Shown here: positions 37,333-52,098 of the stretch, piece by piece
How positions within the stretch are numbered: position 1 is the first letter of the stretch
Layout of the letters: every line of letters begins with the position of its first letter
Source of the DNA: Podarcis tiliguerta
Lineage: Eukaryota
Strand: one strand, 5' to 3'
DNA: 64,000 nt
Assembly (NCBI GenBank): GCA_965153285.1
Contig: OZ229117.1
Program-made: the position numbers and the translations under genes
Notes under the pieces: generated by a model
Told to the model about the DNA's origin: nothing
The model's input: only the letters and a program-made list of their open reading frames with translations
Databases searched by the model: none

Positions 37333-38677
37333 TTAGAAATTGTAACTGTAGTAGAAGTCCTAATATTGCAAAACATGGACCTGGCAATCAAATGTATCTG
37401 CTCACCTGATACGAATCTTACTGCAGAGCGTTAGTTAACCAATTTGATCAAATGGTCTGGGATTTGACCAAGAAGGAAGTCCCCAATCAGGAAACACATT
37501 AGATACTTTACCAGTTAGAATAAAGTTAAATTTATACAAATAATAAATTAAATTGTCATTTTATTTCATTCATTAAATGGAATTTTTGTTACACTTGTCG
37601 AAGATGGAATATTGAAATTCTCAGAACACTGAGAAGGGGTGATGGGCAGGAACTGGGAACTGTGGAAAATTATGTACCTCTTCTTCATTAAAGGGACTAT
37701 CCGACAGACCACCCTCTAGTACAGGCATGTGAAGTTTGGGGGCAAGGTCCAAATTAGGCTGGATCCAATTTGGCCTGAAAGGCAGTTTCCTCGAACCATG
37801 CCCACCCTTTTAATTTTAAGGACTTTCCCCCCTTAAAGGCATTCCTATTTTTAGACTTTGAACAGCAACCAAGCTTTTGCCAGAGACTAGACTCAAGGGA
37901 AATTGCAGCCCAAAGAGAACACAATGGTGGCAGAAGCAGAAGCCTATAATCACCATGGATTTCCTTCATATATTACCCACAGCAATGTGGTTACTGCTGT
38001 CTTGTTGATGCTTCCATATCACTCCCGGTGGCCTGTGCAACTTCCACCCACATGCTTAAGGTGAGTTGCATAACAGCATATTCAGGTCAACTTGTGAAGT
38101 GGGCCACAGTCTCCCACTACTTTTCTATAGGGATGGCTAAATTAAACTGATTAAAAAAATGTCTGGGCAACAAAGTTTTCACCAGTGCACTTCCTGCTGG
38201 AAGGAGGACAATGCAAGGCAGATGTTTGCTTGGGGCCATAAACTCTCCACAGCAAGTCACGACAAGTTACACCCATAATAATTGTACACCTCACTTAGCT
38301 CCCTCTGTGAAAATTGCTCTGACAGACTTGTCTGACCTCAAGGCTAAAATGTACAAAACTGCTACACTGTGAAGTGCAGGAGGAATCAGTTCTCTGAGTG
38401 TTCAAAGGTCCCCTAAAGGGTTAGGCAGCTACCCCAAGACATTTCCCAAATTTTCTCCACCTTTGAGTTATCCTGCCTCTGGGTTAAGTGACCCGAATTC
38501 AGTAGCAGTACATGCACATAACACTGCTGGTTTTATCAAGGAAGTTTTCGCTTTCGGATTCTGAAAGCTACATTACACCATAGCAGTCAAAGTTTGCTTA
38601 AATACCAAATAAAACATTGCATCTTTGAATGCAGAGCATGTCACCAGCAACGCCCCCAGCTCGCAGATAAATTCTTA

Positions 38678-38854
<177 letters not shown>

Positions 38855-39098
38855 TCACCAGAAACAAAGATTGTTCATGCTTAAACATATCATTTTCTAA
38901 GTATCCAAAAGCAGTATTAGTTTCTCTTCTCTCTTTCTCAAAGAGGAACCAGGCAACATTTAAGCAGTCAGTGGAACTTACGTCACTGGCCATGTGATGA
39001 TTAGCTAAGCAAAGCACCTTTTCTAAGCATCCAAGAGGGCCTTTGCAGACACCATTTCTTCTTCCCTGCCCTCCTAACACCACACCCTTGCTATCTGG

Positions 39099-39339
39099 CA
39101 GGGGTGGGTAACTTTTTCAGCACAAGGAGGCAACATCCTACACACACTCACACCCCCCTCCATTCTTCACCCAGGCTTTATCAGAGTTCAAAAATGCATC
39201 CCAGGCAAGCAAAAGCACTCAAGGAGGGTGGAAAACAGGGCTGGAGAAAGGGGGTATGGTCTGGGGAGAGGCCCAAGGGCTACATAGAGAGGCTTGGAGG
39301 ACTATGTTTGGCCACCAGGCCTGAGGGTCCCCAGCCCTA
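39099..39339. mobile_element. Degenerate hAT MITE
   Basis: CAGGGGTGGGTAACTTTTT start and GGCCTGAGGGTCCCCAGCCCTA end; TSD eroded. Confidence 0.5.
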
Positions 39340-39840
39340 CTCTATAGCACTAAAGGGCTCTTTTTGAAGGCTAAACTTGTTTTGATCTCCCTCTGCCCTT
39401 TGGTTGGGCATCACTTGGGCCTGTTCCTCCATTTAAAAACAAGGCAACTCTTGTCAGGCTATTGGGACTGTAGGCAGCACCATGCGCAGATATGCAAAAC
39501 CACAGGCACAACTAAACAGTCCTGCCACAGCACACAGTCATTTGGTGTTCTCTGTAGAGGAAACTGCAACAGCAGACATGCTGCTCAGCTGTTTCCAGGC
39601 AACTAAGAACACCCTCCAAATCTCAGGTGGAGCCTGAGAGCAGAGGAGGGAGAGCAGTTGTCAGGCTCTGAAGGTTCACAATAAAGAACTCCATAGCACT
39701 TGGAGCAAGCCTAAGCCATCTTGTCAGTGCCACATACATGCTTATGAACAAAGTGTGTGTATGGGGGGGGGGGGGAGTCCAACACACATACTAGGAACCA
39801 CCTTGTGTTTTCCCCATAGATTTTGAGCTAACTCACTTAC

Positions 39841-39907
39841 TTGTTTGTGCAAACTTTTCCAGGGCTATTAGTGCAAAAAGCATTACAGTTGGGTGGGACT
39901 GGAACTC
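39841..39907 (-). CDS. RSPRY1: RSPRY1 coding exon 6
   Basis: EFQSHPTVMLFALIALEKFAQT. Confidence 0.95.
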
Positions 39908-41152
39908 CTAAGATAAACAAGAGAATTAAAGGATACAGTATTCCCTTAAACTGATCTCCGAAAACAACAACTTTAGCCGATTTGTCAAATACAGGGAAAA
40001 ACATTGCACTTTCAAGACAAAAGCATTCATGTCTTGTCATAAGAGGAATGGTCTAATTACAGGGTTTTTTTTAGAGACCCAAGCACCAAGACAAAGTCCT
40101 ACGCAGAAGGACGAAGGAAGCTGTTCTGGATTAGGGAAATAGCCATAGCTCAGCTCAGAGGATCGGAAAACAAGCCACTGACTCCCACAAACCGCCTCCT
40201 TCAATTTCAGGCTTCCTCTAACTGTAGTTTGCTGTAATGTTCAAATCTGGCAACTGTGGCTTGGAGGCTACTGCTGATCATGGACTGCTTGATTCAGGAA
40301 TCTGAACACACTATAACTAGAGGCCAAAGCACAGCAAGAAATGAGTGTGAGAGACTTGAGGAGAGTGGAGCTGGTGCTGATGTATTGCTGATCTTCCAAA
40401 CCATGGCTTGGAGGACTGTGGCATCTGAACCGGGCCACAGAGGGGATGAAATTTCTAAGCAATTTCTTCTCACCTATTAAGCCTGGCAGGGGAGGCCATG
40501 TTCTACCTCCTATTATTTCTGTCAACACATTATAAAAAGCTTTCTTTTAACCTTTCAAAGCTTTCCAGACAAATTTGAGGCCTCTAAATTCTATTCTTTC
40601 ATTAATTTCCATTGTACTAAAGAACAATGTAATGATTTTACAATGTTGGTTTTAATTTAAGACTTTTAATACATTGCTTTTTTTCTTGAAAAACAGAAAT
40701 AAGTTGCCTGTAATTTTATAAATGCTCATAAAGGGGCAAAGCCACACCACCACCTACAGATGGTGGGATGGGAACATTACTCTTCACTGCTTGCCCAGAG
40801 GAAAAAATGTGCAGGTGAGCACATGACTCTTCGCCACATGAACAACTTCTGAAGCTGCCTTGTGCCTTCTGATATGGGGGGCTTCTGCATTCAAGGCATG
40901 TGCTCTACCTCTCAGCAATGCCCCCTCCCCATTTCTATGCATCCCCTCAACACACACTCACTACTGAAAAAGGAGGATGGTGGCGGCGGCAGCAGCAGCA
41001 ATGATGAAGGCTTGACCCCATGTTGGGAGCTGTTTCCTCCCAAAACTTAACAGGATGAAATGCAAGGCCCTGATCCCTCTGATGTTCACACACAGGAGAC
41101 ATAGCATTTAAAGAGGAACAACATTAGAGGAGGATTAAACTGTGATACTCAC

Positions 41153-41211
41153 CAAGCTCTGCAGCAAGTATTCCAAGATCCCTTGGCTGAGTAAACCTAC
41201 ACTTGCAGGGC
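41153..41211 (-). CDS. RSPRY1: RSPRY1 coding exon 5
   Basis: PASVGLLSQGILEYLLQSL; cag/gtgagt. Confidence 0.95.
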
Positions 41212-42284
41212 CTGCAAAAACACTAAAAATGAAACACGTGCATCGAAGCTGCTGCATTACGTTTTTTAAAAGTCAATTCCAAAGAGCTTAATGTACAACT
41301 CTGCCCTCCCTGATATCTTGTGCTCTATAGGCATAAGGTATTGTGCAAGAAAGAAAGAAATCAAGTATATTTAGTTTAGCTTTTAAAAAAAACAATTAAG
41401 CAGGAAAAGCCAATGTTTTTAAAATACAGTAATATTGCATCTTAAGCACATGTAACTTGTGCAATTTCAACCAAAGGTGGCAAAGCCTACACTCAGTGTG
41501 CTGGCTCCAGAAGGCAAGGGATGATTGTACAGGGGCATTTCCAAGGGTTTGGGTAAGCATACAATCATACTGTGCTTAAAAGGATCTCAGAAAGCTAGAC
41601 TCCAAAGATAAGTTCACAAGATGGCATGAAGGTAATATCCATCCCCTTGTTTTTAGTATTAACCTCCAGCAGTCAGCTATATACTGGATGCAGGCAGGAG
41701 CCCACAAATTTTTGCTAGGTGTGACAGCCAAGTATTGTTCCTACTGGACACTTCCCAGACCCAGCTACACAAAGTATGTTACACCCCCCTTGTATTTACT
41801 GCCCCTAGTTAAGGGGCATTCAAATGGAAGAGCAGGAGGTGTATTGCAGCCCCCCTCCCACTGTAACCGATAACAGTAAGTGTGCATTCCAACAAAACAA
41901 CACAGCCTGACACTACTTTCAAAGAGGAACCCTTTGCTTTCTGGTGTTGCCAGCATCATTTTTTTAAAAAGATGTTGCCTACTGTAGAGGAATACATTGG
42001 AGACACCCTGCTGGGCATCATTGATGATCTGGAGACCACAGCTGTGGGTGCCTGGGTGCAGCTGAACAAAACATTTTACAGACTCGTTGATTTCAATTAG
42101 GGAGTTAATGTTCTAAGCACTGCCCCAGGATATTGAGGGCGTACTCTTGATAATGATGGGAGTTACATGCAACGTATTTACACCAGATCACCTGTGACCT
42201 GAGCAGAGAGACTGGAGGGGAGAATCTAGAGCAAAACAAAGCAGGGTGCCTGTTAATAACCCCAACAGTTACATAAAAACATTA

Positions 42285-42425
<141 letters not shown>

Positions 42426-43389
42426 CTAAACAAGACAAGTTAAAATGCTACTGAATAGTAGAACAGTGAGAGACACAGTCCCTTCTCTTTATCTCAGCTC
42501 CAGATAGAACCAGAAGATACTCCAATTATCTCCACGGTACTTTGTAACCACTGGGGAACAAAACATATGCTCCCTATTTTTGCATGTGCAAAACCTCTTG
42601 TTTAACAGCTTCTGTTAGAAAAACAGCAACTCGCATCCACAAAACTTCAAGGACTATCAAGACACTAAATTAGTAGTCACAGGTTTTTAAGAAGTTAGGA
42701 AATACTTCTTCCTTCTTAAAAAGTAATTCACTGTAAAACAATATATAGCTGCAAGCCTAAAATCTCTCACTCTGGAGTTGTGCCACTGAAGCCTGTGGGA
42801 TAAATCCAGCATAAGCTATTTAAGAACCTTGGCCAAAGGAAAGGACACCAGCCATTCTGCAAAGTGTTGTTTCCCTTCAACTCTTTCTTTAGTCATATGA
42901 TGAGAGGAGACTCAATGAATCATATTTTTGGAAGGAGAGAGGGCCCAAGAGAAATCTTAAAAGTGCCTGGGTTTTGCAGTGTTTTTGGTCTCGTGGTACA
43001 CTTATACAAAGTTGACTAAGCAATGCACACTAGGGGGAAAAAGAATTCTTACTGACTTCTCTAGTCATGTGATAGATATCCTAATGCATTTCATAGTCCA
43101 TATAGAAAGATTTATGGGCACGAAGTCTATATATTCAGTATCTTTACAAAATGGTGGAGCATACATGAATTCTGAAGGCATCAACAGCCTAATTCTCAGT
43201 TTGGACAAGCAATTAGCAGATTCAGATAACAGAGAGTTTATACAACTCTATGCATGTGTCTCTGTGTGTGCTCACCAGGACAAGCTTTCCGTCCAATGAC
43301 TTTCAGTTGTGTTTTGAAACTTTTGTTCAGGAAATTGTCGATGTGAAAATGACACATTGTAATATTGTTTCTTAAGATGTGCATTGTTA

Positions 43390-43599
<210 letters not shown>

Positions 43600-45500
43600 T
43601 CACAAAACAGAGGCAACTGTCTTAGACTGGTAACAATAGATGGAGACAATAATCATACATGAATCACAAGTACGATTTCAATAGCATTTTAACAATTCAT
43701 CTGAACCACACATCACAGTTAACAAGCAGCTGCTAATCTAGACTGCAATAGCAGGACAAACTCAGCTCCTGGAGATAGGGCAAATATTCATAGCTCCAGG
43801 GATTAATGTTAGGACAAGTTCACACATGCATATTTCTTACTCAACTGCAATACCTAGAGATGACTCATAAGTACAAATAATAATAATAATAATAATACCA
43901 CAAACACTGAGCATTAACACTTCTCAGTGAAGGCAAGTCACAAATTCAGCTGCATTTTGTAACATGATGTTTATGTACAATCAGTGTCGTGAGTTTCTAC
44001 AGCACAGAAATAAGGTGAGATTTTGCTCCCTCTCTGAAGTTCCTTCACCATGTCCCACTAAGTTAATGGGAGCCACTAATGACTGAACCAGATCCATCTC
44101 TGCATAACCTCCATCCCTTGGTATGAACAGTGATTTGTAACAGAATGTAGGAACTGGCTTCTATGGGTAATGATTAGTGAATTAGGAAGGATCCCCTGAA
44201 TACTATGAGGTCTAATACATTATCGCTTGGAAAGCCAGCTCCAGAGTTATTTTATAAGAGGCAAAAGATCAGAAACACACCACCCTTCCTTCTCAAACTA
44301 TGGTTTAAGTTTAAGAAAGGCACACAGGAGATGGAATGCAACGAAGGTAACACACTGCCTTTCCCAAACTGGTTCCCAGCAGTCTCCTTCTCCAACAGCA
44401 GGACACAGAGAGGAATTTGTGAATAGGCTGTTATATTTCCTATCATTTATGTATAAAGAAGATAATCTATAACTTGCTAATGAAACAGGAAAATCTGAAC
44501 TCTCACAGGAAGGAAGGGAAAAGTCAAAGTGACTGAGGCCTAAAGGCTGAATTGCAGAGCAAGGCGTCATCAGAGCCACAATTGACATTACTGTCTAGAT
44601 GCTTTTTTCGTTTTCCACATGTTAAGTACAGCACCAATTTAGAAGAATTATATGTAATAAAGTCCAAAGGACTTTGGACACTGAATTTAAAGGAGGGGAA
44701 ATGTATCTTGAGTCCTTTTTAGAGTTAAAGGGGTATAATTTTTTTATGAGGAAATAAAGGATGATAAACTGTTTGTGTCATGGAAATCCACTGCATCAGA
44801 CATGAAATTGATCTGCCTCTAGCTGTTCCAAAGAGCTACTCTCAAGTCTTCAGTTACATCTTTAGGAATTGTGCTCCTTAAAACCACAGCTGCATGAGCA
44901 GGTGTGGTATTTTAAGCAGCTCCAGAACTGAGGAATTCAGACATCTACAGTTGCTCCAGGCAAAAATGCTTAAAAGGTATAGTGGTCCGGAGCCAACTTC
45001 ACCCACCTGGTATGCTGAAAGGGGATGACAGGAACTTTATCCCAAAATATCTGGAGGGCACTAGGTTGGTGAAGACTGGTCTAGAGATATCAACACACAT
45101 TTGGGGATATTCTTCCCATATCCTGCAAGGTTCCTCAGTATTTAATTAACATTTTCCTTTTAATTTGGAAGCAAACTATTCCCCCAGTTACTCCAAGGTC
45201 TGTTTACTAGCTCAGTGTAAAACCAAAATAAGCCTGTTAGCTTGAGCCTTGTGGCAGCTGGCAGGCTGATTTCGCAACAGCATACCTCATAAATTTAGCC
45301 AGATTAGACAGGTACACATATTAAGCTAATTACAAATTTACCAAGCTCATTGTCAAGTAGCAGTATTATTTAGGTAATCACTGTAAAATTGCCTCAACCC
45401 TTGGAAATAAACATGCAGTGCAACTCTTAAGCTTCTTTACAGAGCTAAACGGTTTCTTAGTACATTGCAACTGGAGTGCCACACTAGAGCAGGGAGGTAC

Positions 45501-45553
45501 CTGTTTCAGCCATTTCATGCAAAGTCATCATTGAATAAGGAGGTTCCTGATCA
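45501..45553 (-). CDS. RSPRY1: RSPRY1 coding exon 2 (53 nt)
   Basis: DQEPPYSMMTLHEMAET; cag/gtacct. Confidence 0.95.
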
Positions 45554-48500
45554 CTGGAAGAAAACACAAGACAAAAAGGTTACGTTAATCATTATCAAAG
45601 TTGGCACACTCATACCAGCTTACAATGAAGAGCAATGCAGAAGATCCATGACTGTTTAACAGCCAGCTAAGTTCCATGGTTCCTATCCAATGTTAATTTT
45701 ATTCAGAGTAGAACCAATGAAATGACTGGGCATGACTAACAGGTCCATGAAATTCACTAAGTCTATTCTGAGTAGAATCTGGTTGGATATAGTCTCATAT
45801 CTATAATGAAGAAGAATAACTATCATAGTTGTTTACTTAATAGGTTTTTATGCCACCCTTCCTCTAAGGAACTCAGAGGGGCATACATGGCCACCTGTTT
45901 ATCTTCTTAACAACCTTGTGAGGCAGGTTAGGCTGAGAGCAAGTGATTGTCATGGTAACCCTGAGCCAAACCGTGGCTGATAAGGACTTTGAACCTTCTC
46001 TCTTCACTACTTCCCCATACTGGTGTACTAGAAATGTTTCCTAGGCCACAGTCACATCATCAAGTACAGAACCATGGGAATGAAATCCAGGGATCTACAT
46101 GTACAGATGTGCCTGAAGGATATTTATCAGCTCTACAACAAACTGGAAGTAGAACTTTATCCAATGTGGGGAACACAATGGCTTTGTGGTGGTGCAGTCA
46201 TCTAGAGTGAACGTGAAAACAAAGACCCTGACTTGGCATACAAAAACTCTTATTGCACGCAACAGGGCTTCTCTAGACAATTGCCATAATCAGCACCATA
46301 CCCCAGGATTCAATGGCCAGAAACCTTCATTTGTATCATTAATTTAAGAGACTGTTGGAAGCCTTCCAGCAAAAGGCACTCCTTTGCCTATTAGAAGAAA
46401 CAAGAAAGCTGATATGGAGGTTTGCCATTAAAACTAGAACCTGGCAGGCCAAGCATCTACTGGAACGAACAACATTCTTGGTCATGTGGTGGAAAATATA
46501 GAGGCCAAATGGACCTCCCAAGATGGGGAATTCCGTTATCCATAGAAAAAGCCACATCCCAGCCAGCTGCATCTCAGCCACCCTTGGAAGAAGAAAAACA
46601 ACCTCCCCAGCAAATCTAATGGAGCAGGCAGGTTGGTAAGGAAAGTGACTGAGCCCAAACCATTTAGGAATTTAAAGGTAATCATCAGCACACTGATTTC
46701 TGCCTGGAAATAAACTGGCAACCAGTGCAATCAGCTGTTGTGAAAATTTGATGAGCATCCGCTCACACTCTCACTGCCTCAGAGGATACTGCAATAATCC
46801 AAATTCTTAGGATAATGAGACAGTGTCAACACATTAATGTAGAATCTTTTCATTATTGCCACAGTTCCTAAAAGTATAGCAAGTGCTTTTATGAAAGTAT
46901 AAAAACACAGAGGTCCACACCCAAGGTCTAAAATATAAAAGGCAAGACCATTAAAGGTACAAGAGGGAAGAGGGGCAGAGTCCTCCATTCAGAACAGAAG
47001 ACAGAGCACCTCTGGCTCAAGGCCAGCTGCTACACACCAAGTGTTCACGGAACACAACATGAAAGGGAATGGAAGTTGTGGAGTGCTGAATGACAGAGGG
47101 CATGGAAGGAAGCAGCAGAACGCTTGCGATCCAATCTTGGGGGGTTGGGCTGGGGAGGAGAATCACAAAACTATTTTCCACTTATAATGTGACCATTTGT
47201 GCTTGGCAATATGTTCTATCACAGGACTGAATTCCTACTGGCTAAGAATTCTACCGAGTGCTTTCCCTAGTAACTTGTTAGTAGACATGCCCCTTCCAGT
47301 GCCCAGGTGAGGGAGTAGAAACAGAGTTTGGGACTTAGCCTAGAGAGACCTGGGTTCAAAACCCTGCCCAGCCATTGAGCACACTGGGTAGCCTTGGGCC
47401 AGTTGATAACCCCTGGATGCTACTTTGAGCCCCTTAAAGGAAAAATAGGATCCAAGCAGGATGAATTTTTACTATTGCTAGAAAATCCCCCAAAACAGCC
47501 TACTCTTTTTGTAGAAAACTGTCTGTTAGTTTATTCAGGTCAGCACTCCCCCCCCCCCAAGTTAAAGCAATACAATGTTTATAGCCAATAATGCTTGAAC
47601 AAGCTAGTCCTGAAAGCAACTGAACCCATCCCACTGCCCCACACTGTTGTATTCTGCGCAAGTGGGAGAGTCATTCATTTTGTTCTCAGCACAAGGCAGT
47701 TGAAAACAGACGTCATTAACTTGAAAGAAGTGGCATAGGAGAAGCATTGTACTGCTGAGGTTCAATCCAAGTAAACTATAATGCTTGAGAAGAGAGGTGG
47801 AAATGCATTCCATTGTGCCCAGAAGCTTCTGTTTATTACATTTATACCCAGTCTTTCCCTCCACCACAAAACGCAAGGCTGTTCACAAAGGATTCCCAGG
47901 CAGTCTTGAAGTCAAACCCTAATCAGACCCAGACCCTCTTTGCTTCAACAAGGTGGGGGCATCACCTGCCTTCAGATTGTGGCCTAGGACAAACAGAAGC
48001 TCCAGTCTGTGCCAGAAAGGGCCTCAGACGCTTGGAGCTGGCAGGTAGCAAAGAATGAAGTGATTATTTAAGGAGTTATGAAAGAGCATTTTTGACAGCA
48101 GCTCAGATAATAAAGCAGGAAGGAAACTGTCAACACCCTTGTTGATGTTTAAGATACTACAAAGATAACTCAAACTGACAACGAATAATGACAATTTTAA
48201 TCAGGAAAGGAAGCATTAAGGACAATTTTGTTGGTGCTGTTGCTATGATATGTAGCAGTAGCTCCTCTGCCATTGGAAGAGTGTGATCATGTCTCTCTCC
48301 CTCCTCACATACAACTTTGCTTGCCTGGGATATTCCTTCCTTTGCCTGTCTGTCGCCCCCTGTCCCCAACCACTCCCAATGTGCTCATGGTTCAACAGGG
48401 TTATTCAGATCCAATTCAAACATCACAAGCTGTGCCACCAGAGAACGCACCCAGGCATCACTTCTTTGAAAGTGGCTTTATTGCTTTACCCTACTCAGAA

Positions 48501-49613
48501 TCTTTCCACTTATCATTAACCATTATGTAAACACTTGTAAGAATTGGCACAACACATATATCACCGGAACAGCCCTGCTGGACCAGACCAAGCCCAGATT
48601 CCTGTTTCCCAAAGTGCTCAGCCAGATGCTTATGGAAAGTCCACAAGCAGGATAAGGGAATCAGTCATTTCTGGCTATTATTCCAAGCAATGGGCTTTAT
48701 TTGATTCTGAAAGTATCATCATGACTGGTAGCCCCTGGGAGCCTTATTATCTATTAATATTAATATTATTAACAATAATTAAATTTCTATACTGCTCTTC
48801 ATGTCTATTCCTCCTTTAACTCCTTTCAACCTGGAGTTTTAGAAGGGGCAGACCAACAGACCACTCCAATACATGCTTCTGCAGAAGCAAGTAACTCAAA
48901 GACAGGGGACAAGCACAAGTTGCTGCCCCCCACCTATCCACGAAGACATCTTCAACTGCTGAGTTAGGAAAGGGGTCAGAGGACAGCTTCCCTAAATAAC
49001 TGCCTCCTTAGCATGTGCTGCCCAATCTTACAATGCACTGCAAACACACAAAGAGATTCAAACTGGCTAACAAATCCCAACAGCACTTACTAGCACTATC
49101 AGAGTGTCCCCTTCCGTCCCAAAGGAAACCTTTCTTCTGCCATCAAAGGTGGCAGAACTACCTCTGGCCTCCAAAGACCTTAGGCAGCATCTTGTATATT
49201 GCTTTTGTGTCTGTTGAAACTGTAGAAGTCTCAACATGACACAAAGACAGTTTGCCATTTGGCTCTCCTCCCACGACTGGTGTAGGCATTGCAGTGGCTG
49301 CCACTCAACGGAATCAGGCAGTGTAAGGTTACAGGGCCGAGTAGGATTTCACTGAAACAAACTTTGGACGTCAAAATGAACTGCTGGAGGGGTATTTAAA
49401 AAGCGCAAGTGTTGCGAGGAGGAGCCAAGACGAATCTACTATCTTATTCATGGATTGTTCCTGAAACATCTGTAGACATTTCCAATTCCAACATAAAGTT
49501 GTCCACTTTTATGCCACTGGAGGCATTAGAGAAGTCTCCACAGATTGCAGCACAGCAATTTACAAGAGAAGGAAGGTACATCCATGGCAATATTTCTCTT
49601 CAGGAAGTACTTA

Positions 49614-49961
<348 letters not shown>

Positions 49962-51947
49962 CTAGACAGTTTTAAAAGCAATGTTTTTGGGATCCTGAAT
50001 TGCAGCTTTTGCATCATATGAGTCTGTAACAACTGGAATGGGCAGGGAATGGCTGGGTAAGTGTCTGACATCATCACTGAAGATACACATTGGTCATCCA
50101 AAAGGAGGCCTGGAGGGTAAGAAAAAATACAAGCCCATCAACTTGGATTGAAATTGTAAAATAATGTGACTAGCAAACAAGTTCCTTTGCAAGCAGGCAA
50201 ACAATCCTAATTTCCCCTTTGGCATACCTTTGTGCCCTGCACCAGAAAGGGAACCTGTACCCTCCAGATGCTGGTGGACTCCCAACTCCCGTCAGTCCCA
50301 GCCCAGTTCCCCAACCCTGCCTTAAACCCAACAGCTGATGCTACAAAGAGGGAAAACTTGTTTCTTATCCTCAAATCTGCTAAGGCGCCCAGTGCTGCAA
50401 TTCTGTCCCGTTCAGATACCCAGGGCTACAAAAATGCTAATCAACCGCAATTCTCTCCAATTTATCCCCACCCTGAAGCATTCTAACATGCTGTTCTCAA
50501 AGTAAACTGAAGCGGGAGAGGGAAATGCACGTATACACAGTTCCTGGGGGAGGCTCAAACTGCACCCAGATCCCCGCCATCCTAAAACAAATGATCAATG
50601 CGAGGTTTCTTGAAGCAGCCAGTAGTAAAGTCCTTCCCACTCCTTTGTGTGAGTCCAAAGCCAGCTGCAAGGGAGTTGGGTCACTGGGAAATGCTGGTAG
50701 AGTGTGCAGCCAGTATAGAGCTTGAAAAATATTTCTGTTTCTCCAGGAGCCAGCCTCAAGTTGAAAAAAATGATCAGTTTACTAAGTGGTGGGCATTTAA
50801 AATAAAAATAAAAATCAAGGAGCCAGACACCTATGGATTTCAGCCTAGCCCTCCATATACCATGTTGCCTCTTCTACTATGCTTTATTTGAAAATAAGTG
50901 TATTCTGATATTCCAGCCAGCTTACCATGAATAAAAATGTTATCTAACTATCAAAAAGCAGGGTAAAGAACCCCACACAATTCAAGTTGCCCAGTCAGTT
51001 TCCATTAGCATTATGCCCCGAAACAAATGGCAACTTGTCAACTGATGGAGGAAATGGCACATAAAGGTCTATGAAGAATTATCTTGCTCTGAAGAGAGTG
51101 GAAACGAAACCCACAGCTGCCCAGGTCCAGCTGCCAGTGGTGGCCCCTCCCTCCTCCAACTGTCACCCAGGAAATCTTTGCAGTACCACCCACTCTGCAG
51201 CAGAGCAGAAAAGAAGTTACCATCACAGCTTCTTCTAAACAAACAGTTGCCTTTTGCATTGGTTGTTGTTTTTGTTTAAAAAAAAATCAGTTCTTATTAT
51301 TGTAATAATGTTTATATAAACTGCTTTGTGATGTCTGTCTGAAAACCAGCATAGAAATACCTTAAATAAAACCAGGCCAGTGGAGGGAGGAGAGTGATGG
51401 GGATGGTGGAGGGCTCAGAACTTGCCTCCCAAAAGCAAGCCAGATGCTGGCACTGGCACTAAGTTGGCTGCCATATTTGGGTAACCATAAAGCACGGGGT
51501 GGCAAAAGGAGAAAGGAGGAAGAGATGTAACTTCATGACTTCATGACACATGGCCCTCCACAGTGAATGACTGGAATGCATCAACTGGCTTAATTAAAAA
51601 AAACGCAAGATGCTTGTAAATCTTTAAAAAACAACAACAGGGAAGAGCGATACTGAGAGCTGAACTTTCCATATAGGTTGGTCCTTCCTTCCTTTAGACC
51701 AATTCACACCACTATATTGAGAGTGGCATAGCTGTAACTATCAAAATAACCTGCTTTTGTGAAACCACCACTTATAAAAGCTTAGTCATAATATGAAAAC
51801 TACAATTTAATGGAACAAGGTACAATTTACCTGGATGATTATCAACCCAAAATCCTACCTGAACCAGCCCGAGTAAGGTGTAGGAAGTACTAATCTATGT
51901 GAAAACTCACATTTAGCCCAGTGATGACTAAAACCCAAGCTTTCCGC

Positions 51948-52098
51948 AGGAAACTGTCTTATTCCAAGTCAGACCATTGGTCCATATAGCTCAGTATTGC
52001 TTACATTAACTGGCAGCAGCTCTTCACAATTTCTGATAAGATCTCGCCCAGCGATACCTGGAGATGCTGGGAAGTGAACCTGAGATCTTTTGCATGCC
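51948..52098 (-). mobile_element. Squam3-like SINE fragment
   Basis: GTCAGACCATTGGTCCAT.TAGCTCAGTATTG...CTGGCAGCAGCTC...CCTGGAGATGCTGGG; matches the 25160 copy. Confidence 0.7.
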